49,614 bases of DNA from Candidatus Omnitrophota bacterium (GTDB taxonomy: Bacteria; Omnitrophota; Gorgyraeia; Aquiviventales; Aquiviventaceae): the NCBI GenBank assembly GCA_016206675.1, contig JACQRD010000067.1, positions 1 to 49,614 of the forward strand, written 5' to 3'. The position numbers and the translations under genes were made by a program. The notes under the pieces were generated by a model. That model had not been told where the DNA came from. It did no database searches and saw only the letters and a list, made by a program, of their open reading frames with translations. This document shows, piece after piece, positions 34,428 through 42,200 of this stretch. The number at the start of each line of letters is the position of its first letter. The stretch's first letter is position 1.

Positions 34428-35386
34428 CAGTGATGGTTGTGATTGATTTTGTCATAGGCGCTGATGATCGCCTGCACCAGCTCATGGCGTACCACGTCCT
34501 GCCCGCTGAAGAGCGCGAAGGCGATGCCGGGAATCTCCGCCAGGAGCGTCTGCACCTGGATCAGGCCGGAGGACTTCTCTGGCGGCAAGTCGATCTGCGT
34601 GACGTCGCCGGTCACCACGGCCTTCGAATCGAACCCGAGCCGGGTGAGGAACATTTTCATTTGCTCCGGGGTGGTGTTCTGTGCCTCATCCAGGACGATA
34701 AAGGAGTCGTTCAAGGTGCGGCCGCGCATGAAGGCCAGCGGGGCGACCTCGATGATGCCGCGGTCGAGATACCGCTGCACCATGTCCATCTCCATCATCT
34801 CGTAGAGCGCGTCATAGAGCGGGCGCAGGTACGGGTTGATCTTCTCGGCCATGTCGCCCGGCAGATAGCCGAGCCGCTCCCCCGCCTCCACCGCCGGCCT
34901 CGCGAGGATGATGCGGGAGACCTCTCCCTTCGTGAGGCTCTCCACCGCCATGGCCATTGCTAAGAAACTCTTCCCTGTACCAGCGGGCCCGATAGCGAAG
35001 ACAATGTCGTGCTTGCGCATGGCGTCCACGTAGGCCTTTTGCCCCGGCGTGCGCGGAATCACGAACCGCCGCTTGGAGGGCACCTCGATGCGCTCCTGGT
35101 ACATCTGGCGCAGCTGGACGAGCTTCGAGTCCTGCAGCGCTCGCAGCGCGTAGTCGACGTCTTCCCGGCGCAGCGGAGCACCCGAGCGCACAATGACCAG
35201 CAGATCGTCAAAGAGCCGCGCGGCCTTCGCGATGACCTCCGGCTGGCCGGCGATCTTCATCTCCTCGGCGCGCATGACGACCGAGACGCCGAGCACCTGC
35301 TCGATGCGCCGCAGATGCTGGTCGTGCTTGCCGAAGAGCGCTTGCGCTTCCTGCGCGCCGCGCAGCGTCACCGATTGCTCAGCCAT
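34427..35386 (-). CDS. phoH: PhoH-like ATPase
   Basis: 319 aa. Walker A GPAGTGKSFLAMAMAV, VLDEAQNTT, conserved PhoH C-terminus. Confidence 0.9.
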   Translation of the reverse strand: MAEQSVTLRGAQEAQALFGKHDQHLRRIEQVLGVSVVMRAEEMKIAGQPEVIAKAARLFDDLLVIVRSGAPLRREDVDYALRALQDSKLVQLRQMYQERIEVPSKRRFVIPRTPGQKAYVDAMRKHDIVFAIGPAGTGKSFLAMAMAVESLTKGEVSRIILARPAVEAGERLGYLPGDMAEKINPYLRPLYDALYEMMEMDMVQRYLDRGIIEVAPLAFMRGRTLNDSFIVLDEAQNTTPEQMKMFLTRLGFDSKAVVTGDVTQIDLPPEKSSGLIQVQTLLAEIPGIAFALFSGQDVVRHELVQAIISAYDKINHNHH

Positions 35387-35395
35387 CGCAATACG

Positions 35396-35472
35396 GAAGC
35401 TGGACGTTGGAAGCTAGAAGCTGGAACAAGCCATGCGTTCTTTCCAGCTTCCAGCCTCCTGCTTCCAGCTTC
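35396..35472 (-). repeat. heptamer-array hairpin, GAAGCTG family, copy 2
   Basis: GGAAGCT GGACGTT GGAAGCT AGAAGCT GGAAC ... TTCCAGC TTCCAGC CTCCTGC TTCCAGC TTC. Both ends are homologous to 32212-32287. Confidence 0.8.
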
Positions 35473-35480
35473 ATGAGTGA

Positions 35481-36041
35481 TTACTTCTGAAATACCGTGC
35501 CGCCATCCTCATCCGATGAGCCGCGCGAAACCTTGCCGCGGGGAATGGTGATGGTCATGCCCGCCCGCAGCCGGTTGGGATCGCCCTTCAGCAGCTCGCG
35601 GTTGGCCTCCAGCAGCCGAGGCCACTGGGTCGCCTTGCCGTAGACTTCCGGCTTGGCCGCGATCGACCAGAGCGACTCCCCCTTCTGGACGACGTAACTC
35701 TCCACAGGGCCGGCGGCCTCTTCGGCATCCTGCGACGGTGGTGCTCCCACGCGCACGGCGGAAGACTGGCGGGCGGATGGCGCAAGCGCGCCCGCGCCTG
35801 CAGACTTTTTCGGCTTGTAGAAGCTCGGGAGTTCAATGTCAGTTTCAATGATTTGGCGCGTGGTGCGCGTCTCGCCGGCCTCCGGCGGCGTGCCCAGCAA
35901 ATAGCCCCGGTTGCCGCCGGTCAGCTCCAGATCGACGCGCGGTACGTCGGTGACCCGTGTGGCTACGCGCGTCGGCGCCTTACACCCTGCAATTATGAAC
36001 ACGCCTGTCGCACTCAGAACTACAGCAGCCGCCCGATGCAT
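35481..36041 (-). CDS. LysM-domain lipoprotein
   Basis: ATG 36041 lies 5 nt after AAGGAGG. Lipobox FIIAGC. C-terminal LysM YVVQKGESLWSIAAK...RLRAGMTITIP. Confidence 0.75.
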   Translation of the reverse strand: MHRAAAVVLSATGVFIIAGCKAPTRVATRVTDVPRVDLELTGGNRGYLLGTPPEAGETRTTRQIIETDIELPSFYKPKKSAGAGALAPSARQSSAVRVGAPPSQDAEEAAGPVESYVVQKGESLWSIAAKPEVYGKATQWPRLLEANRELLKGDPNRLRAGMTITIPRGKVSRGSSDEDGGTVFQK

Positions 36042-36078
36042 CTCATCCTCCTTGTTCGAAAGCCCCAAATCCTAAACG

Positions 36079-36116
36079 GTTTGGTCTTGGTGCTTGGAAT
36101 TTGGTCATTGGTCATT
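36079..36116. repeat. tandem heptamers of the TTGGTCA type
   Basis: GG TTTGGTC TTGGTGC TTGGAAT TTGGTCA TTGGTCA T. The last unit overlaps the aspS stop codon (36112-36114). Partially complementary CCAAATCCTAAAC lies just upstream at 36065-36077. Confidence 0.7.
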
Positions 36117-37503
36117 TCACTGGGGTCAAGAGGGCGATGTTGAGTTCCTTGAGCTGTGCTTGGGTCACCGGCGATGGCGCATCGGTGACCAAATCGGCGG
36201 CCTTCGACGTTTTCGGAAAGGCGATCACGTCCCGGATCGACGGCGCGCTGGTGAGCAGCGCGACGAAGCGGTCCAGCCCGATGGCGAAGCCGCCATGCGG
36301 GGGGGCGCCGTACGAAAACGCCTTGAGCAGAAAACCGAACCGCTCCTGGATCACCTGCTCGCTTAAGCCCAGCACCTCAAAGACCTGATGCTGCAGATCC
36401 GACTGATGGATTCTGATGCTGCCGGAGCCCAGCTCGGTGCCGTTGAGCACCAGGTCATACGCCCGCGCCCTGACCTTCCCCGTGTCGCTGCGCAGCCGCC
36501 CCGCGTCGTCGGGATGCGGCGCGGTAAACGGGTGGTGCTCGGCATCCCAGCGCTTCGCGTCGGCATCCCAGCGAAAGAGCGGAAACTCCGTGATCCAGCA
36601 GAAGGCCCAGGGCTGCTGCGGGGTGCGCAAATCAGGCTTGTCGGTCTGATGCGTGGCCATCGCCTCCTGATGCGTCAGGCGCGGAAAGGGCGCAGCCAGC
36701 GGCACCTTCAAGACCTCCTCAAAGACCCGGCGAATCGCCCGCTCGACCACCCCGTAGATGTCCTCCTCATCCACAAAGGACATTTCCAGATCCAACTGCG
36801 TGAACTCCGGCTGCCGGTCGGCGCGCAAATCCTCATCGCGGAAGCAGCGCGCCACCTGCATGTACCGCTCAAGGCCTGACACCATTAGCAGCTGCTTGAA
36901 GAGCTGCGGCGACTGCGGCAGTGCGAAAAATCGGCCCGGGTTCAACCGCGAGGGCACCAAGTAGTCGCGCGCCCCCTCAGGGGTGGACTTCGTCAGGATC
37001 GGCGTTTCGATCTCGAGGAACCCCTCTTCATGCAAAGCCTGGCGCAGGCGGTGGATGACTTGATGGCGCAGGATCAGCTTTTGCTGCATCGCGGGCCGGC
37101 GCAAGTCGATGTAGCGCCACTGCATGCGGACGTCCTCCGAGGCTTCGAGCTGGTCGTCCACCTCGAAGGGCGGCGGCTGCGCCGGGTTGAGTACCTCAAC
37201 GGCCGTGGCCGACACCTCCACCATGCCGGAGGGGATCTTGGGATTTTCGGTGCCTTTCGGCCGCGCGCCGACCATGCCCGTGATTTTCAAGACGTACTCC
37301 GGGCCGAACGATTTCGCCTGCTGATGGAGGCCGGCGTCTTTCTTGGCGTTGAAAACCACCTGCGCGAGGCCGGAGCGGTCGCGCAGATCGACGAAGCTTA
37401 AGCCGCCGTGGTCGCGCCGGCGGTGCAGCCAGCCGCAGAGCGTCACCGAGGAGCCGATGTGCGACTCCTTCAGCTCGCCGCAGCCGTGGCTCCTCAATGA
37501 CAT
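36112..37503 (-). CDS. aspS: aspartate--tRNA ligase, bacterial-type sequence but lacking the GAD insertion domain
   Basis: 463 aa. [80 protein letters not shown] joins directly the two segments that flank the GAD domain in 590-aa enzymes. Confidence 0.88.
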   Translation of the reverse strand: MSLRSHGCGELKESHIGSSVTLCGWLHRRRDHGGLSFVDLRDRSGLAQVVFNAKKDAGLHQQAKSFGPEYVLKITGMVGARPKGTENPKIPSGMVEVSATAVEVLNPAQPPPFEVDDQLEASEDVRMQWRYIDLRRPAMQQKLILRHQVIHRLRQALHEEGFLEIETPILTKSTPEGARDYLVPSRLNPGRFFALPQSPQLFKQLLMVSGLERYMQVARCFRDEDLRADRQPEFTQLDLEMSFVDEEDIYGVVERAIRRVFEEVLKVPLAAPFPRLTHQEAMATHQTDKPDLRTPQQPWAFCWITEFPLFRWDADAKRWDAEHHPFTAPHPDDAGRLRSDTGKVRARAYDLVLNGTELGSGSIRIHQSDLQHQVFEVLGLSEQVIQERFGFLLKAFSYGAPPHGGFAIGLDRFVALLTSAPSIRDVIAFPKTSKAADLVTDAPSPVTQAQLKELNIALLTPVK

Positions 37504-38771
37504 GCGTGGCCCGTGCGCTTGCCGACCGATTCGGCAAATTTCTCAACGGCGACCGTTTCTTGCGATTGCGCGTCCAAATCCTTCAAGGTGATCGCACCCT
37601 GCTCCAGCTCTTTCTCGCCAAGAATCGCCACGAATTTGCAGCCGGCCTTATCCGCCTCGCGCAGCTGCGCCTTGAGGCTTTTGCCGTCGTAATCCATGAG
37701 CACCTGCACGCCCTGGGCGCGCAGCTGCGTCACCTGCTGGAAGGCCCGCCCGATGAGCGCGGGCTGTGCCACGGCAAGATACACGCCGTGGCGCTTCGGG
37801 CGTTCAACCGGTGCTGGCACAGCGCCCTGCGCCATCAGGATCCGCTCGATGCCGGCGGCAAAACCCACCGCGCCCAGCGCCGGCCCGCCAAGGTCCTCCA
37901 CCAGGTGATTGTACCGCCCGCCGGCGGCCACCGCATCCTGCGCGCCGAGGCCTTTGGCGCGGACTTCAAACACCGTCTGCGTGTAGTAGTCCAGGCCGCG
38001 GGCGAAGACCTGCGTATCATCGAACGCCACGCCGTTCTGCCCCAACCCCTGCCGCACCGCCGTGAAGTGCGCTTCGCAGTTGCCGCACAAGAGAAACGGA
38101 GACCCCGTGATCGCGCCCCACGCAATGCCGTGGCAGGAGGGGTTCTGGCAGTCAAGCACCCGGAAGACGTTCTTGTCGAATCGCTTCTGGCACTCCTGGC
38201 AGAGCTTCGCCCGCTGGGAGGCGAGTCGCTCGCGCAGCTGGGCGGCGGAGCGCTGCTGATCCTCCCGGCAGCCCATGCTGGAGAGCCACACGGTCGTCTC
38301 CGTCACGCCGCAGGCGTTCAGGATGTCCAGGCACAAGAGGATCACCTCGACATCGATCCAGGGGCTGTAGGAGCCGATGGCTTCGACCCCGTATTGATGA
38401 AACTGGCGCAGCCGCCCGGCCTGCGGGCGCTCCGCCCGGAACATCGGCCCGAGGTAGAAGAGCTTGGCGAAGCCGATCGTCTTGTGGAGGTTGTGCTCCA
38501 GGTAGGCCCGCACCACCGAGGCGGTGCCTTCCGGCCGCAGCACGATGTCATGCCCGCCCCGGTCCTCGAACCGGAACATTTCCTTCTGCACGATGTCGGT
38601 GGTTTCGCCGAGGGTGCGCAGAAAGAGCGCGGCATCCTCGATGACGGGCGTGCGGATTTCGCCGTAGCCGTGCGCGCGGCAGAGCCGCTTGACATGGTGC
38701 TCAACGGCCGCCCAGCGCCGGGCGTCGTCACCGAAGAGGTCGGTTGTGCCCCGTAAGGCCTGAATTGCCAT
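37494..38771 (-). CDS. hisS: histidine--tRNA ligase
   Basis: 425 aa. [29 protein letters not shown], anticodon-binding C-terminus. Cys-rich insertion (CQECQ...CQNPSC...CGNC). Confidence 0.92.
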   Translation of the reverse strand: MAIQALRGTTDLFGDDARRWAAVEHHVKRLCRAHGYGEIRTPVIEDAALFLRTLGETTDIVQKEMFRFEDRGGHDIVLRPEGTASVVRAYLEHNLHKTIGFAKLFYLGPMFRAERPQAGRLRQFHQYGVEAIGSYSPWIDVEVILLCLDILNACGVTETTVWLSSMGCREDQQRSAAQLRERLASQRAKLCQECQKRFDKNVFRVLDCQNPSCHGIAWGAITGSPFLLCGNCEAHFTAVRQGLGQNGVAFDDTQVFARGLDYYTQTVFEVRAKGLGAQDAVAAGGRYNHLVEDLGGPALGAVGFAAGIERILMAQGAVPAPVERPKRHGVYLAVAQPALIGRAFQQVTQLRAQGVQVLMDYDGKSLKAQLREADKAGCKFVAILGEKELEQGAITLKDLDAQSQETVAVEKFAESVGKRTGHACH

Positions 38772-38790
38772 CGGCTAACACCCCGTGATC

Positions 38791-38866
38791 ATTGCGGATT
38801 GCGGAATGCGGATTGCGGATTTGGAAAGCCGAAAATCCGAACTCCGCAATCCGAAATCCGCAATTA
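38791..38866 (-). repeat. heptamer-array hairpin (ATTGCGG units ... TCCGCAA units)
   Basis: ATTGCGG ATTGCGG AATGCGG ATTGCGG ATTTGGA aagccgaaaa TCCGAAC TCCGCAA TCCGAAA TCCGCAA TT, lying between the HU stop and the hisS start. Confidence 0.85.
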
Positions 38867-38908
38867 GGCGGGCTATAACGCAGGCTCTCTGAACGTCCGT
38901 TAAGAGAA

Positions 38909-39187
38909 CTACTTGATGTCCTGGCGCATGAGCAGGCCAGGTTTGAACACCACGACGCGCTTGGACGGCACGGGCACCTCTTGGCCGGTCTTGGGGTTGC
39001 GGCCGCGGCGCGGAGCCCGTTGCCGAACCTTGAAAACGCCGAAGTTGCGCAACTCCACGGTATGCCCGTCCTTCAAGCCCTGGATGAGGTGGTCTAAGGT
39101 CTTCTGGATCACCCGCTTGGCGTCCACCTGGGTAATGCCGGTTTCCTTGGAGACCGTTAGCACTAAGTCCTTCTTAGTCAGCGCCAT
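38909..39187 (-). CDS. HU/IHF family DNA-binding protein
   Basis: ATG 39187 gives MALTKKDLVLTVSKETGITQVDAKRVI...RNFGVFKVRQRAPRRGRNPKTGQEVPVPSKRVVVFKPG. Confidence 0.88.
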   Translation of the reverse strand: MALTKKDLVLTVSKETGITQVDAKRVIQKTLDHLIQGLKDGHTVELRNFGVFKVRQRAPRRGRNPKTGQEVPVPSKRVVVFKPGLLMRQDIK

Positions 39188-39222
39188 AGGAAGGGCTAGC
39201 GTAGCATCGGCAGCTAGGCTTG

Positions 39223-42200
39223 TCAAGCGTCATCCTCACTGAAGTTGCCGACACCGCTCAGACGCGGCCTGGCAAAGCCGCCCGGTGGCTTCGGCGGCAG
39301 TCGCTTGATGGTAATGGCCGACTCCCCGAGCAGGCGGATGAGCTCATCCAGCAAATCAGGCGTGGGATCCACCTGAAACTCTTCGGAGAGTTTCAGTTGC
39401 ATCGGCGCCTGGCCGGGCATTTCCACCCGCAGATAGACCGGCACCGCTCCTGGAAACCGGGCCAGCAGCTCCTTCAGCTGCTCCAACTTCTGCTTCTCTG
39501 CGCCCTGGACGAGAAATTCGATTGATTGTGCCAGCTTCCCCGTCCCTTGCGCCATCGGCACGATCTGCTGGGCGATCAGCCGCGGCTGGTCATCGCGCAT
39601 CGCCACGCGCCCCTCCACCAGCACCACCGCGTTGGGAATCAGCTGCCCGGCCAGCTGCTGGTAGCTGCCGGGGAAGATGAGCGTTTCCACTTCTCCCTCA
39701 AGATCTTCCAGCACGCACACCGCCATCTGCTCGTTGGTCTTCTTGGTCGTGGTGCGCTTGATTTTCGTTAGCATGCCGCCCACCGTCACCACGCTGCCCT
39801 CCGCGGTATGGAGCAACTGCCTCGACGTGGCGCTCGCCAGCAGCCGCATCGACTGGGCGTAGCGCGCCAACGGATGGCCGGAGACGTAGAAACCGAGCAG
39901 CTCCTTTTCAAACGCGAGCTTCTGGCTCTCCGGCCAGTCGCGCGCATGGCCGGTGGCCGCTTCCGGCTCCTGGCCGGCCTGCGGGGTTTCGCCGGCGAGC
40001 ATATCGAAGAAGGTCAGTTGCCCCTTGGCGAGGTCTTTCTGCTCGCTGGTGGCTTCCTCCATCGCCTGATCGAGCGCGGCCAGCAGCGCAGCACGCGGCA
40101 GGCCCATGCTGTCGCAGGCACCCGCTTTGATGAGGCTCTCGCACACCTTCCGGTTGGCCAGGCGCAAGTCGATATGGCGGCACAGCTGCGCCATCGTCTG
40201 GAAGCGGCCTGCCTGCGCCGAAGCGGCTTCGGCAGGCGGGCTGGCCTGGCGCGCCTGGAGGATCGATTCGATCGCGCCCATCCCGACGTTCTTGATGACG
40301 CCGAGGCCGCAGCGGATCGTCCGCGCGTCCACGGCGGTGAAGGCCGCCTGGCTCTCATTGACATCCGGCGGCAGGATGGTCAGCCCCATGCGCTTGGCTT
40401 CATCCAGATACACGACCAGCTTGTCGGTGTTGCCCATTTCACTGGTGAGCAGCGCCGTCATGAACTCCACCGGATAGCGCGCCTTCAGGTACGCCGTCCG
40501 GAAGGAGATCATCGCGTACGCCGCCGAATGAGAATTGTGGACGGCGATGCCATTCGCCACGAAATTGTGCGTCCCATCAATCGTCAGATCGTACGTCTCC
40601 GCCGTGCCGCAAGGCTCAATAGACCGGATGCGGTCCCAATAGACATCGGACGTCGCATAGCGAAGCAGTTCCGGTGATTCGAAATACTCGGCAAGCCGCT
40701 GGATGGTGGAGCGGCGAAATCCGCGCTTGGTGGGGTGGGCTCCACCCACAAACTCTTTCATCGACACGCCGGACCGTCGCTCAAGCTCGGGCCAGGTCGT
40801 GCCCGCCTGCTGCTTGGCCTCGCGAACAATGGTTTTGATGCTCGCGGGAATCACGTCCTTGCTCGTTTGATCATCGCGAACACATTCGTAGTGGCGCCGA
40901 AGCCCCCGGAGGGCCGCCTGCCGGCCCATCAGATGCGGACACACGCGATCGATAAACCGAAGCACCTGCTCCTTCCCGGAGGTATACACAGCATACCCTG
41001 GCCGGATCCCGCCACGATAGCGGAACCGTTTTGACTTCAGCGAACTCACAATGCCTAACCGCCGCAGCAATTGCTGCACCTGTGCGGCCAACTGCCGTGA
41101 GGAGGTGGCATAGAATGGGAGAGGCGTCCCTGTTGCGCCCCAGAGATACCCATCGCCGCTCCATAAGCGGCCCAGAAACAACGCCAGATGCTCTTCGGAC
41201 TGTTCGAACATGACCGCCGGCACGAACTTCTCGGTGGATGCGACCCAGGCCAGCCCCAGCGATTCGATCCACTGCCTGATGCCTGACCGCGCCACCGGCG
41301 AGCTCACGTCGTGAGTGCCGGCGCGCCGGTAGCCGGAGCGCCCCTTATTCCAAGGCGCGTGCCCCTTCACAAAGACCGTTGAGAGTCCTGTGCCAGTGTA
41401 GACTTCAAATAGCTTCCCGCGCTGGGTGACACGCGGCACCGTGCTCGGAAACCGCTGCGCGGCTGCGACAAAGTCGTCAATAAACTCCCGGTCATTGTTA
41501 TAGACATAGACGCCGCTCGGATGGCAGGTGTTGCCTTCTGAAAGGATGGCTGCGAGCGCGATGATCTCATGCGGCTCCAAGGCATGCTTCGTTCGGGCAG
41601 TGACCGTCTTCAGATGCCTGGGAACGGCGACAAAGCTGCCGGCGCGAAGGTCTCGCAGCTCCTTCCACCCCTCCACGGTCAAAAAGGGGTGATTGTCCGT
41701 CACGGTGATCTCGTGTCCCAAATGGGTCGTCACGCGGAAGACCGGTTTGCGGCCATTCGACACCACGTCAACCACATCGCGCTTCACAAGCCGCAGTTGC
41801 TCATCAACTGAGAGCGTCCGCAGCGGACGCCGGGCGCGATGCAACGATTCAACCGTCACCACCGCACCCGTATCGGCATCAAGAATCTCCGTCTCGCCCA
41901 CAACGCACTTGTTGAAGCCGTAGCCCGCGAAGTGCTCCATCAGGTCGAAGGTGCGGCTAGCCACCCGCTCGGTCACCCCGTTCTTGCGGCAGCCCTCGAC
42001 GAACGCCTTGCGCTGGGCCTCCATCACATCGGCGATCTTCTTGCCCATCGCCCGCCGCAGCAGGTCGGCTTGCGCCATGCTGAAACCACCCAAGTCACTC
42101 GCAATCCGCATAACTTGTTCCTGATACACCACAATGCCGTAGGTTGCTTTCAAAATGGGCTCAAGTCTTGGATGTTCATATTTGACAGAGATCTGGCCGT

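Noticed and set aside
35414-35434. Six-codon mini-ORF (MACSSF*) in the loop of the 35396-35472 hairpin.
   Set aside because: It is too short and lacks a convincing SD. It is mentioned only as a positional parallel to the glyS start in the sister element.
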